A stretch of 64,000 nucleotides of DNA from Opitutaceae bacterium. Its GTDB lineage: Bacteria; Verrucomicrobiota; Verrucomicrobiia; Opitutales; Coraliomargaritaceae. The notes below the pieces were generated by a model. That model was not told the DNA's origin, did no database searches, and was given only the letters and a program-made list of their open reading frames with translations. The first letter of the stretch is position 1. Each line of letters opens with the position of its first letter. Position numbers and translations under genes: made by a program. The DNA lies in contig JBPOFY010000003.1 of assembly GCA_051252375.1 (NCBI GenBank), forward strand, positions 1 to 64,000. Reading direction: 5' to 3'. Below, one piece after another: positions 46,240 to 56,518 of this stretch.

Positions 46240-47532
46240 TTACTTGCGAATCAATAAGAAAGCGCCCGCGCCATCGTGTCCACTTTCCCATGGGAGGCTT
46301 TGTTGGCCTTCCTTCAGTTCGAACGGCTGACCTTCTGGAGATTGTAGGAAAGCTGTCACGACGTAATCGTTTTCGGCTTTTTCGATACTGCAGGTGCTGT
46401 AAACGAGTCGACCGCCGACTTTGACGAAACTTGCCGCAGCTTTGAGCAGATCGGCTTGGAGTTGAGCGCAACTATCGATGTCGCTGACATCCAAGCGCCA
46501 TTTCACGTCGGTGCGGCGCTGGATCACACCGGTATTGGAACACGGCGCGTCCAACATGACGGCGTCATAAAGTGGTGGCAGGCCTTTGGCTTCGAGGTCA
46601 GCAGCGGTTAGTTTAAGAACGTCTTTTTCGACTATTGAACAGGCGAGGGTGTCGGACTGAACGGTGCTGAGGTTCTCCTGTAGTCGTGGGATGCGGTTGC
46701 CGGGTAGATCAACCGCGACAATCTGTCCCTTGCATTGCATGCCGTGGGCGAGGTCGAAAGCTTTGCCGCCAGGAGCCGCGCATAGGTCGAGTACTGACTC
46801 GCCGGGCTGTGGCGCGAGCAGGGCAGGGGCGATCCGTGTTGAGGGATCTTTTGCGTAGGCATCACCCTTATTCAGAAGGGGGCGAAGATCCTCGTTCCAG
46901 GAAGCATTTTCGGTCGCTTTGTAGAAATGCGGCCACGGAGTGGCTTCGAGACCATTCGGAATCGTGTCCGGAATGTTGTAGAGTTTTAAGTATGTGGCGG
47001 GAATGCCCTGATCCCATTGCAGCAATTGCACTGTGGTATCTTTACCAAATTCGGCATTCCAGCGCTTTACCAACCATCGCGGATGGCTGTATTTGCCAGC
47101 GGTGTCATTTGATTCCTGAAGCTTTAAGAGGCTATTCGGGAGTTTGCGGAGCACGGCATTGAGAAAGCCTAGCTCCGATTTCGCTACGATATTTTTGCCT
47201 CTCTCGACCGCGTGATGGACGATTTTCGGCATTTTTTCAGCATCCGCGGCGATCATTTCGTAGCCAGCGACCATTAAGATCGCCTTCACGAGCGACCTCG
47301 GTTGTTTGCGCACTAATGGCTCTAGAGCCACCTCTACACAGTGTCCGTGGCGTAGTGCCCCTAGGAAAAGGGATTGGCAAATCGCCCTGCGGTCGCCTTG
47401 GAAGGAGTCTGGTAGGCGTTCCAGTAGCTGGTTGGCTTTCAGGTTTTCGGAGAAGTAACCTTCTAGTAAGATTACGGCTCCATCCCAGCCCGTTGTAGAC
47501 TGTTTTGATAAATTTAACTTAATACTTCTCAT
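46240..47532 (-). CDS. rsmB: RsmB/NOP-family RNA m5C methyltransferase with NusB-like N-terminus (start uncertain)
   Basis: DLCAAPGGK, DAPCSNTG, YSTCS..AEN. Confidence 0.85.
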   Translation of the reverse strand: MRSIKLNLSKQSTTGWDGAVILLEGYFSENLKANQLLERLPDSFQGDRRAICQSLFLGALRHGHCVEVALEPLVRKQPRSLVKAILMVAGYEMIAADAEKMPKIVHHAVERGKNIVAKSELGFLNAVLRKLPNSLLKLQESNDTAGKYSHPRWLVKRWNAEFGKDTTVQLLQWDQGIPATYLKLYNIPDTIPNGLEATPWPHFYKATENASWNEDLRPLLNKGDAYAKDPSTRIAPALLAPQPGESVLDLCAAPGGKAFDLAHGMQCKGQIVAVDLPGNRIPRLQENLSTVQSDTLACSIVEKDVLKLTAADLEAKGLPPLYDAVMLDAPCSNTGVIQRRTDVKWRLDVSDIDSCAQLQADLLKAAASFVKVGGRLVYSTCSIEKAENDYVVTAFLQSPEGQPFELKEGQQSLPWESGHDGAGAFLLIRK

Positions 47533-47592
47533 TGGTATAGAAACTGTGCATAGTTCATCGTTTACGAATAAGAACCACATTCGCAATCTATT

Positions 47593-49452
47593 ATGAATAA
47601 AGAGGCAATTGACGCTCTCATTGAGAAAAATCCAAAACTAGCTCCGTTTCGCGCGAAGCTTGAAACCATGTCTGCAGGCAACTATTGCCTACACCGCAGC
47701 TGGGGTTTCGGTAAAATCGTAGACTACGACGAAGCTGCTGATCGTTTGATCATCGACTTTGAAGAAGGTAAGGACGGTCATGCTATGGCTCCTGCATTTT
47801 GTGTCGATAAATTAGACATCCTTAAGCCGGATGATGTTCTCGTGCGCTCACGCACTGAGCCTGATGTTATCGAGGAGATGATTAAGAAGCGCCCAGCTGA
47901 CTTGATCTGCGACATCCTGAAATCATCCGAAAGCCAGGCTATGATGGCGTCTGAGATCGAGCGTAACTTGGCTCGTGTCATCGGTCCGATCAAATACAAG
48001 AAGTGGTGGACCGCGACTAAGAAGGTCTTGGTGGTTGACCCACGTATTGGTGCACCGATCAAAAAGTCGGACCCTTATATCTTCCGCGACGAGCCAGTGA
48101 AGCCAGAGGAAGAAATCCTCGAGCAATTCCACGGCACAAAGAATTCCAAGCAAAAGATCCTCCTCGGTGAGAAGCTTTACGCGCTTTCCGAAAACATTTC
48201 CGTGGTTCGCGAAGAAATGCCAGGCATCCTTGCTGAGCTGACCGATGCGATTGCCAATGCTAAAAGCCTCAGCCAAGCAGATCGCTTGCATGGTGTTTGG
48301 GTGCGTAACAACCTTGCTCGCGACTTGCACGAGGATGTTGAAATCTTGGAGCCATCGTCTGCATCGATCCTCGATTCCACCAACGATTACTCTGAGCTCG
48401 CAGCTGAATTGCCTGCGACTTACTTCAAGCGTTATCTTGATTTGATTCGCCGCACTTATCCAGACAAGTGGCAGCAAATGGTTGAAGACTTGCTCCGCAA
48501 CTCCAGTGGTAAGTTCACTAGTGAGTCTATCAACTTCATGCTAGAGCAAGAGTTGGACGAGCGTATCAGCTACTGTCTTAACCGCTGGCTCAACGAGCAA
48601 ACCATTAAAGGACCACTTCTTTTCTGGGTCGTTAAGAACCGCCACTCTAAGAAGTATGCTTCCATCATCGAACCATTGGTCACACCGCGCCTCCTGGCTG
48701 CGATGTTCTATGCGATCGACTACGAAGCCCTGCAAAATGCAAGCACACGCCGTATCCCACTCGCTGACTTGTTGAGTGATGATACCGACCTCATTCCTGA
48801 CCTCTTGGCTGATGCCAACGTTGAGACTGCAAGCGATCTGGCTCAAACACTCTTGCTCAATCAAGGCTTCGAGGATTTGACTAAGAAGTCCTTGCTCGCT
48901 CGATTCATTAAGAAATTCCCAACCATCCAGAGCCTGTTGGCTGGTGAAGCAGCTTCCACATCTGAGGAAGATGCGCTCATCGTTTCGCAAGAAAGCTTCA
49001 ACCGCTCGAAAGCAGAATACGAAGAATTGCTTAGCACGAAGATCCCTGAGAATAAGGAAGCTATTTCCATCGCACGTGATCATGGTGACTTGAAGGAGAA
49101 TTCGGAGTATAAGATGGCTCGTCAGGACCAAGACATGCTGCTTTCTCGTAAGAACGAGCTTGAGGTCGATCTGTCTCGCGCACGTATCACAGACTTCACT
49201 GACGCCACCACCGAAAATGTGGGTATCGGTTGTATCGTTGACCTCAAGGAAGGCTCGACTGGTAAAACCTTCAAGTACTCGATTCTCGGTGCATGGGATT
49301 CCGATCCTAAGCACGATATCCTTTCCTACAAAACGCCACTTGCGCAGCAGCTCTTGGGCAAGGAAAAGGGTGATACCGTCACAACGAAGATCGGTGGCAA
49401 CAAGGAAGACTGGACCATCCTCAGCATCAAGCGCTGGTTGGATAAGAAATAG
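47593..49452 (+). CDS. greA: Long GreA-family transcription elongation factor
   Basis: C-terminal ARDHGDLKENSEY, ILGAWD, SYKTPLA; about 450-aa N-terminal extension. Confidence 0.85.
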   Translation: MNKEAIDALIEKNPKLAPFRAKLETMSAGNYCLHRSWGFGKIVDYDEAADRLIIDFEEGKDGHAMAPAFCVDKLDILKPDDVLVRSRTEPDVIEEMIKKRPADLICDILKSSESQAMMASEIERNLARVIGPIKYKKWWTATKKVLVVDPRIGAPIKKSDPYIFRDEPVKPEEEILEQFHGTKNSKQKILLGEKLYALSENISVVREEMPGILAELTDAIANAKSLSQADRLHGVWVRNNLARDLHEDVEILEPSSASILDSTNDYSELAAELPATYFKRYLDLIRRTYPDKWQQMVEDLLRNSSGKFTSESINFMLEQELDERISYCLNRWLNEQTIKGPLLFWVVKNRHSKKYASIIEPLVTPRLLAAMFYAIDYEALQNASTRRIPLADLLSDDTDLIPDLLADANVETASDLAQTLLLNQGFEDLTKKSLLARFIKKFPTIQSLLAGEAASTSEEDALIVSQESFNRSKAEYEELLSTKIPENKEAISIARDHGDLKENSEYKMARQDQDMLLSRKNELEVDLSRARITDFTDATTENVGIGCIVDLKEGSTGKTFKYSILGAWDSDPKHDILSYKTPLAQQLLGKEKGDTVTTKIGGNKEDWTILSIKRWLDKK

Positions 49453-49472
49453 TCATCCGCATAAAGTTTATC

Positions 49473-49503
49473 AAAAGGCGTCCCAATGCGGGGCGCCTTT
49501 TTT
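49473..49503 (+). terminator. Intrinsic terminator (possibly bidirectional)
   Basis: aaaaggcgtcccaatgcggggcgcctttttt. Confidence 0.8.
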
Positions 49504-49534
49504 GTTTAGTGCGCTCTATGGTGAGTTTGCTAAA

Positions 49535-49601
49535 TGTAGCAACGTCACTCTGTGACGTTTTCGACTGGTGAGGTGACACGACACAGAGTGCCATGGCTAC
49601 A
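49535..49601. repeat. GTAG-type REP inverted doublet
   Basis: tgtagcaacgtcactctgtgacgtt ... cacgacacagagtgccatggctaca. Confidence 0.75.
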
Positions 49602-49631
49602 AATTTTGGTGTAGACCCTTCGTTCTCATCC

Positions 49632-49759
49632 TTCTGGTCGCCTCTTTTGGGCTGCGCCTTAAATGGCGGAGAATGAGGGATTGGTGCCTGTCGGCATCGC
49701 TACACGATCACACTGCGTGTGCCCCATCTCCGGTCGCATTTGCTCCTTCCGTCGAACCC
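49632..49759 (-). repeat. tRNA-linked repeat: copy of the tRNA 3' end and flank, interrupted in the T-loop
   Basis: 49664-49682 matches 49811-49829 with 1 mismatch; cgaaccc resumes at 49753. Confidence 0.85.
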
Positions 49760-49808
49760 AGTGGTCCGCATCTCCTCTTTCTGGCCGCCCTTTTGCGGCT
49801 GCGCCTTA

Positions 49809-49900
<92 letters not shown>

Positions 49901-49970
49901 ATGCCAAAGTTGAGGAAGACAATTAAAACGGAGGAGCTTGGCAAGCTTTGTCTATGATCTGAGTGGCCTT

Positions 49971-50157
49971 TTCGGCCATTGTTCGATCATTGCCCAGAGG
50001 GCGCCCATTCTCTCACCCCTTCGGGGCAAATCCTTTTGGAGGATTTACCATCTTCGCGCTATCGCGCTACGTCTGCCACTTCTCCATGCCAAAGTTGAGG
50101 AAGACAATTAAAACAGAGGAGCTTGACCAGCTTTGTCTATGATCTGAGTGCCCTTTT
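49971..50157 (-). repeat. Copy of the tRNA 5' end and upstream region, interrupted in the D-arm
   Basis: 50072-50157 matches 49887-49972 with few mismatches; ttcggcca at 49971-49978 continues the tRNA sequence. Confidence 0.88.
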
Positions 50158-50358
50158 GCGTATTATTGGGGCCAGATGAGAGGATTTGGATGATTGCTAG
50201 CGATGACTCGTGCTCACGAATTTTTAAATTTACGCGGGCATGTTAATATGATGCATTCATCGCTTCGTTGGTTCCAATCCCGCGAACACAGTATTCACTT
50301 AGTATAATATCCTGTTACACTGCAAAACTTAACACTGTTTGATCACTAATCAGTAATT

Positions 50359-51849
50359 ATGACCACCGAATCCAATCACACCCCCGTAATCCCACGTAAG
50401 TATCTGCTTTCGTTCATTCTTGTGACGACATTGTTCTCCCTTTGGGGGTTTGCCAATGACGTGACAAATCCTCTCGTTGCTGTTTTCAAGGATGTATTCG
50501 TTATCACGAATGCTCAAAGCACATGGGTGCAAATGGCTTTCTATGGTGGTTATGCCACGATGGCGCTTCCCGCCGCGATCTTCATTCGCCGTTTTTCCTA
50601 TAAAATGGGTATTATCGTTGGTTTGTCGCTCTATGCAGCTGGCGCACTTCTTTCAATTCCCGCCGCAGCAGGTGCGAATTTCAACTTGTTCATTATCGCT
50701 CTCTACATCTTGACCTTCGGGTTGGCTTTCCTCGAAACGACTGCCAATCCTTACATCCTCTCGATGGGGCCGCCAGAAACAGCCACACGTCGTCTGAATT
50801 TGGCTCAAGCTTTCAATCCAATGGGTTCTTTGACCGGTATGTTCATTGCCGGCACAGTTATTCTCTCCGCTATTCAGGTGGAAGACTTCAAGAATGACGT
50901 CAACGGTTACGCAGCCGATATGGCAACTGCTGAAGTCGTGCAAATGGAGTATAATATTCCTGCTTTCCTTCAGTCCAAGCCACGCGAACGTGTGAACGAC
51001 GAGAACGTGAAGGCATACGTGATGGAAAAGGGCGTCGATGCACCAGCTACCGCACTGCAAGACTTTAAGGACGGTGAAATCGTAAGCTTCCAGGGGATGA
51101 CTCACCGTGAGTTACAGCAAAATGACCTCAAGCTTGTTGCCATGCCATACACCGCAATTGGTTGTATTGTCTTGGTCGTTTTAGTGGTCTTTGCCGTTAC
51201 GAAGCTTCCACATACCAGCCCACCTGACGCGGATCATGATGTGCACTTTGGTCGGACCATCAAACGACTCTTTACAAATCCGATGTATGTGGGTGGCGTG
51301 ATTGCGCAGACCTTCTATGTGGGTGCTCAAATCATGACATGGACCTTCATTATTCAGTATGCTGAAAATGAATTGGGCATCGATAAAGCGACTGCCCAGA
51401 ACTTCAACATCATGGCGATGGTGATCTTCCTTTGCAGCCGTTTTGTTTGCACATTCTTCCTGAAGTATATCGCTCCAAGCAAGTTACTCCTTCTGTTGAG
51501 TGCTGGTGCCATTGCCTTCACTTTGGGCGCAATCTATCTGCAAGGACTGACGGGTCTCTACTCACTCGTTCTGATCTCCGCATGTATGTCTCTAATGTTC
51601 CCGACCATTTATGGCCTCGCGCTTGATGGAGTTGGTGAAGATGCCAAGCTCGGTTCTGCCGGTCTTATCTTCGCGATTGTGGGTGGTGTCTTTATGACTC
51701 GTTTCCAAGGTCAAATTCTTGACTTGGATAGCTTCATGGGCACGACAGCGACTCGTGGCTCTTTCTTCCTCGTCGTTCTTTGCTTCATTATCATCGCTAT
51801 TTACGGTGTAGTCGCAATGCGCGCTAAAGCTAAAGCCGTAGCAGCATAA
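50359..51849 (+). CDS. fucP: L-fucose:H+ symporter (FucP family MFS)
   Basis: FSLWGFAND, LETTANPY, RRLNLAQAFNPMG, FYVGAQI, SLMFPTIY. Confidence 0.9.
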   Translation: MTTESNHTPVIPRKYLLSFILVTTLFSLWGFANDVTNPLVAVFKDVFVITNAQSTWVQMAFYGGYATMALPAAIFIRRFSYKMGIIVGLSLYAAGALLSIPAAAGANFNLFIIALYILTFGLAFLETTANPYILSMGPPETATRRLNLAQAFNPMGSLTGMFIAGTVILSAIQVEDFKNDVNGYAADMATAEVVQMEYNIPAFLQSKPRERVNDENVKAYVMEKGVDAPATALQDFKDGEIVSFQGMTHRELQQNDLKLVAMPYTAIGCIVLVVLVVFAVTKLPHTSPPDADHDVHFGRTIKRLFTNPMYVGGVIAQTFYVGAQIMTWTFIIQYAENELGIDKATAQNFNIMAMVIFLCSRFVCTFFLKYIAPSKLLLLLSAGAIAFTLGAIYLQGLTGLYSLVLISACMSLMFPTIYGLALDGVGEDAKLGSAGLIFAIVGGVFMTRFQGQILDLDSFMGTTATRGSFFLVVLCFIIIAIYGVVAMRAKAKAVAA

Positions 51850-51882
51850 ATTGAAGAACACTTCATCATAATTTAATTTCTT

Positions 51883-51920
51883 TACCCCGTCGTTGCCCAT
51901 GGGCGCGACGGGGTATTTTA
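51883..51920 (+). terminator. Hairpin/terminator between fucP and the fucosidase gene
   Basis: taccccgtcg...cgacggggta followed by T-rich sequence. Confidence 0.65.
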
Positions 51921-51946
51921 TTTCTTAAGATTTCCCACCTGTTAGT

Positions 51947-53719
51947 ATGACCATTAAAAATATCGCTATAGTCGGGCTCCTCGGAGCATTGAGTTTTCAC
52001 GCAGTCCACGCTGAAACAGGCATGGATGAATTATGGGGTGAGAGCGTCGTTAAGCTTCGTGCGGAAGACGCCAAACGTGGTCAGCTCTTTGATGAGGGCA
52101 ACTACGCCATGTTCATTCACTGGGGGCTCTACTCTCAGTTGGGGAACAATGTCGATGGTAAGACATATTACGGTATCGGCGAATGGATCATGAGTCCGCG
52201 TATGGCTGGTATCCCAGTCGACGAATACAAGGAACTGGCAGGCACTTTCAACCCGGTCAAATTCGATGCCAAGGCCATCGCCAAGCTCGCATACGATGCT
52301 GGCATGAAATACATCATCATCACCAGCAAGCACCATGACGGTTTTGCGATGTATGATTCCAAGTCGAGCGATTTTGATATCACTGATTCCACACCGTGGG
52401 GTAGGGACCCAATGAAAGAATTGTCTGAGGCTTGTCGTGAGTTCGGTATCGGATTTGGTTTTTATTATTCACACAATCAAGATTGGACCTATCCGGGAGG
52501 TTTTCGTGGCCCGGAGAAGGACAAGAAAGGTAAACGAAAGACTTTTGATGATTACTTCATTGAAAAGTGTCTTCCACAAGTCGAAGAGATCACGACAGAG
52601 TATGGTCCTATTGAAATCGTCTGGTTCGATACGCCGGGTAATATGCCCAAGAAGTATGTCGAACAACTCGTAGCCGTCGTGCATAAGAATCAGCCCAATG
52701 CTTTGGTCTCTGGCCGTGCGGGGCATAATCTAGGCGACTATCAGTCGCTTGGTGATATGGAAGTGCCGCTCGTTAAAGTTCCTGGCATGTGGGAGAGCGT
52801 CGATACGACGAATGATTCTTGGGCGTATGCTTGGTATGATGAGAACTGGAAACCCGCGAAAGAGATTCTTCACCGCACCATTGCGACCGTTGCACGTGGT
52901 GGCACATATATGTTGAATATCGGTCCTCGTGGGGATGGCTCTGTGCCAGAGCATGCTGCCGATGCGCTGCGCAAATCGGGCGCTTGGATTAAAAAGTATC
53001 CCAACATTATTTACGGTGCCGGACCTTCTCCATACGAACATGCGTTGCCTTGGGGTGATGTCACGCTACGTGGCAATACGCTGCAACTCTCCGTTTTCGA
53101 ATGGCCTACTTCAGGAGAACTTTATCTTCCAGGTTTGAAAAATGAAGTCACCGCTGCTCGTTTGTTGACAGGGAAGGATGCGCAGCCACTTGAGTTTACT
53201 TCAAAAGATGGTTGGCTTCAAATTTCGATTCCACTGGTTGCACCGGAAAAATACGTGTCTGTTATTGAGTTGGATGTCGTAGACACTCCGAAGGCTGACT
53301 CTACATGGGGTCTCGATCCTAATATGACAACTAGCATCCGAGCTAACTTTGCTACCTCCAAAGGAGCCAAGCTTCAAAACAATCGTTGGATGGAGAAATT
53401 CGGCGAGTGGAAGCACATGAAGCAAGTCATCGATTGGCAAGAAGGTGGTATCGCTACTTGGGTGGTCGATGTCGCTGTGTCAGGCACGTATCACATTGAT
53501 CTCAGCTACTTAGGCGAAGGTCGAGTCGTATGGCAGGTTGCCATTGAAGGCGGCGAGACCATTCGCAACCAACAAGCTTCATCGAGCGTGTATCACAAGT
53601 ATCCTATCGGTTGGATGAATTTCCCAGAAGCGGGTCGCTATACGATTAATGTTTCCTGCATCGAAGGTGATACTGAAGCTGCTGGTCTCAGTGAGATCCA
53701 CTTCACGCGCGTTCAGTAG
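51947..53719 (+). CDS. Alpha-L-fucosidase (GH29), secreted, with C-terminal beta-sandwich/CBM-like domain
   Basis: MFIHWGLYS, TSKHHDGF, VWFD, LNIGP.GDG. Confidence 0.92.
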   Translation: MTIKNIAIVGLLGALSFHAVHAETGMDELWGESVVKLRAEDAKRGQLFDEGNYAMFIHWGLYSQLGNNVDGKTYYGIGEWIMSPRMAGIPVDEYKELAGTFNPVKFDAKAIAKLAYDAGMKYIIITSKHHDGFAMYDSKSSDFDITDSTPWGRDPMKELSEACREFGIGFGFYYSHNQDWTYPGGFRGPEKDKKGKRKTFDDYFIEKCLPQVEEITTEYGPIEIVWFDTPGNMPKKYVEQLVAVVHKNQPNALVSGRAGHNLGDYQSLGDMEVPLVKVPGMWESVDTTNDSWAYAWYDENWKPAKEILHRTIATVARGGTYMLNIGPRGDGSVPEHAADALRKSGAWIKKYPNIIYGAGPSPYEHALPWGDVTLRGNTLQLSVFEWPTSGELYLPGLKNEVTAARLLTGKDAQPLEFTSKDGWLQISIPLVAPEKYVSVIELDVVDTPKADSTWGLDPNMTTSIRANFATSKGAKLQNNRWMEKFGEWKHMKQVIDWQEGGIATWVVDVAVSGTYHIDLSYLGEGRVVWQVAIEGGETIRNQQASSSVYHKYPIGWMNFPEAGRYTINVSCIEGDTEAAGLSEIHFTRVQ

Positions 53720-53735
53720 AACTCGTCTGCCTTAA

Positions 53736-54614
53736 TTACGTCGCGAGCACAGACTCCAAGGCTTCGATTAGTCGGCTGCGGAGCGCTGTTGATTGCTCGG
53801 CGAGTTTGGCTTGTTCGACCTCGTATTCAGCACGACCTTCCGGGGTTTCGATGAGGATTGGCGTGTAGCCGAGTTGGCGGCAATCGTAGGGGCTGGCACG
53901 CATGTCGATCTCGCGGCAGGTGACGGCATATTCAAATGTATCCCAGAGTAGTTCGGTGCCGACCCATGGCATGCACTTTGCGGTCCATTTGTAGAGATCC
54001 ATGTTGGTGTGCAGGCAACCGGGTTGCTCGTTGTCCATGCGGGTGTCTTGAGTGGGCTGGAGTCGATTGAACCCGAGTGCGGTCTGAGTAAAGAAACGAA
54101 AGGCGTCGAAGTGGCTGCAGCAGATCGGGCGACTTTCGACGATGGCGTCGATTTCGCTTTGTGGGAGTCGTAGCGGTAAGGTGCCTTCGTGGCGGACGCG
54201 CCCTTCGGGACCACCTTGATAGACCATCGCCCATTCGTGCATACCGAAACAGCCAAATTGGGCGGATCGATTGCGGACGACGCGACATAGATCGAGGCTC
54301 CATTGCAGGCGTTTACGTGCTTTCGAATCGAGCTTGTTGCGGTCGAGCGCGACACAGCCGTTTGCTAGGGTGTAGGCTTTTGTGTTGTAGCCAGGAGGAA
54401 ACGAGTCGGTCTCCAGCGCGACATCGAGCCCTGGGTGCCAATACTCTAAAAGTGCGGGGGCGAAACGGTAGTAGATGAATAAGAAATCATAGACCGGGTG
54501 CATCGTGCTTTGAGCGCGACGCGAACGATAGGGAGTCGTCCATTTGACAGCTCGCTCCAGATGTGTGGCCGCGCGTGTCTGCCATTGACTGGCATCGAGT
54601 GTTTGCATGCTCAA
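53736..54614 (-). CDS. Conserved protein often annotated as 3-methyladenine DNA glycosylase
   Basis: HPVYDFLF.YY, GCFGMHEWAMVY, CSHFDAFRFF, EQPGCLH.NMDLYKW, DMRASPYD. Confidence 0.7.
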   Translation of the reverse strand: MSMQTLDASQWQTRAATHLERAVKWTTPYRSRRAQSTMHPVYDFLFIYYRFAPALLEYWHPGLDVALETDSFPPGYNTKAYTLANGCVALDRNKLDSKARKRLQWSLDLCRVVRNRSAQFGCFGMHEWAMVYQGGPEGRVRHEGTLPLRLPQSEIDAIVESRPICCSHFDAFRFFTQTALGFNRLQPTQDTRMDNEQPGCLHTNMDLYKWTAKCMPWVGTELLWDTFEYAVTCREIDMRASPYDCRQLGYTPILIETPEGRAEYEVEQAKLAEQSTALRSRLIEALESVLAT

Positions 54615-54997
54615 TCTTTTGCGTCCGTTGCGTTTTCAGGGAGTTCCTGAGGGCAGACGACGAAGTAGCTCATGATCACCCAACTGAGTAGCAGCGGGTA
54701 GAGCAGCACGCAGAGCAGTATCGAGCCGACAATGCCTATGGTGACGCCGGTCCACATCCCGATCTTGTCGAGCACCACGAGTATACAGATCGGAATGATG
54801 ACGATGATGATCGCGAGCACGTAACCGATCGAGGTGGTGCCAAAGTAGAAGCCAGACTCCTCTTTTTCCAACTGCATGTCGCACTCGGTGCAACGCTTGT
54901 TGAGGCGAAACCAATTTTTAAACATGCCGAAGCCACCGCAATTTGGACAACGTCCGGTCAGGCTGCGTGTGATGATTTCGACGCGTTCAATTTTCAT
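54611..54997 (-). CDS. DUF983-like membrane protein with zinc ribbon
   Basis: RCPNCG...C..C followed by two TM helices. Confidence 0.75.
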   Translation of the reverse strand: MKIERVEIITRSLTGRCPNCGGFGMFKNWFRLNKRCTECDMQLEKEESGFYFGTTSIGYVLAIIIVIIPICILVVLDKIGMWTGVTIGIVGSILLCVLLYPLLLSWVIMSYFVVCPQELPENATDAKD

Positions 54998-55022
54998 TAC
55001 TTAGTTTTTGAGCGCAAACTGC

Positions 55023-55172
55023 CTACCAAGGAATGTAATTCAGTGGATTGTAGCTGCGGTTCTTTTCAATCGTCACGCCGTTTTCTGACCGCGTCGTGCC
55101 GCAACCTGTGAGCGCAGTGAGCAGCAGTGCAGATGCGAGGAACACGGCGGAGGTTTTTTGTAGGAGCTTCAT
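55023..55172 (-). CDS. Small lipoprotein
   Basis: MKLLQK...LTALTGC lipobox. Confidence 0.6.
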   Translation of the reverse strand: MKLLQKTSAVFLASALLLTALTGCGTTRSENGVTIEKNRSYNPLNYIPW

Positions 55173-55191
55173 AAGTATTTTGTTTGTGGGG

Positions 55192-56352
55192 TTAGTTGTA
55201 GAAATCGGCAATCACTTCGACCACACGTTCAATCATTTCGGTGGTGAGGTCGGGGTAGATCGGTAACGCTAAGCTCATCGAAGCGGCGCGTTCAGAATTT
55301 GGGAAATCGCCTTTTTTGTAGCCGAGCAGGCGGAAGCATTCTTGCTCATGAAGTGCGAGCGGATAGTAAATTTCGCAACCTACATTGTTTGCTTTCATGT
55401 GCTCCATCAGTGCGTCGCGTTGTTCGCTGTAGATGACAAATTGATTGTAGATGTGGTAGTTGTTTTCCTTTTCGATCGGTAGCACGATGCCGTTGCTGAG
55501 GCTTGAATCGAGCGCGTCGGCTGTGCGAATCAAGCCAGCCGCCTTAAAGAGTTTGTTATATAGGCTGGCGTTCTCACGGCGTTGCTCATGCCAAGTGTTG
55601 AGGTGTGGCAGTTTGACGTTGAGGACGGCTGCTTGCAGCGCATCGAGGCGGAAGTTGCCGCCGACTCGTGGGTGGTAGTATTTCGGCTCCATCCCGTGGT
55701 TACGGAGTTGGCGTAAGATTGAGGCGTAGTCCGCGTCGTCGGTCACCACCATGCCACCATCGCCGAAGCCACCTAGGTTCTTTGTCGGGAAGAAAGAGAG
55801 GCAGCCCATGTGCCCGAAGGAGCAGGCGGGGCGGTCATTTTGTTTCGAACCGATCGCCTGAGCCGCGTCTTCTATTACGAGGAGGTCGTGCTCGCGGGCG
55901 ATTTGATTGATGGCGCGCATGTCGGCCATTTGCCCAAAGAGGTGCACTGGAATGATCGCACGAGTTTTATCGGTGATCACTGCTTCGATCTTGGAGACGT
56001 CGATATTGAATGTGTCGGGTTCGATGTCGACGAGGACTGGCGTCGCGCCGACTCGAACGATCGATCCGACAGTTCCGAAGAATGTGTAAGGCGTGGTGAT
56101 GACTTCGTCACCTGGACCAATGCCCAGCGCCATCAGCGCGACGATGAGAGCGTCAGTTCCAGAGGAAACGCCCACGCCGTGCTCGACAGCGCAGTAATCA
56201 GCCACACCGGCTTCGAAGCACTCCACCTCGGGTCCGAGGATGAAATATTGCGAACGTGCTACGGCCAATACGGCTTTATCCAGTTCGTCCGATAGCGCGG
56301 CGTATTGGGGCTTAAGATCCAAGAGGGGGACAGAGACTTTAGATTCACTCAT
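55192..56352 (-). CDS. DegT/DnrJ/EryC1/StrS PLP-dependent sugar aminotransferase
   Basis: [29 protein letters not shown]. Confidence 0.93.
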   Translation of the reverse strand: MSESKVSVPLLDLKPQYAALSDELDKAVLAVARSQYFILGPEVECFEAGVADYCAVEHGVGVSSGTDALIVALMALGIGPGDEVITTPYTFFGTVGSIVRVGATPVLVDIEPDTFNIDVSKIEAVITDKTRAIIPVHLFGQMADMRAINQIAREHDLLVIEDAAQAIGSKQNDRPACSFGHMGCLSFFPTKNLGGFGDGGMVVTDDADYASILRQLRNHGMEPKYYHPRVGGNFRLDALQAAVLNVKLPHLNTWHEQRRENASLYNKLFKAAGLIRTADALDSSLSNGIVLPIEKENNYHIYNQFVIYSEQRDALMEHMKANNVGCEIYYPLALHEQECFRLLGYKKGDFPNSERAASMSLALPIYPDLTTEMIERVVEVIADFYN

Positions 56353-56518
56353 ATCGTGTCATGTTTCCCTCTATTTCTGAAAGTGTCTAGCCTGCTTTTG
56401 TTTTACAGGAATGATGGCCTGTGATTGATATTGGGAGGTAGGGCAGGAGAGCCGGTGTCGCGTTACCATCGCACTCAGAGATTTATAGGAGTTAAGCCTA
56501 CATTTTATCATACACTCA

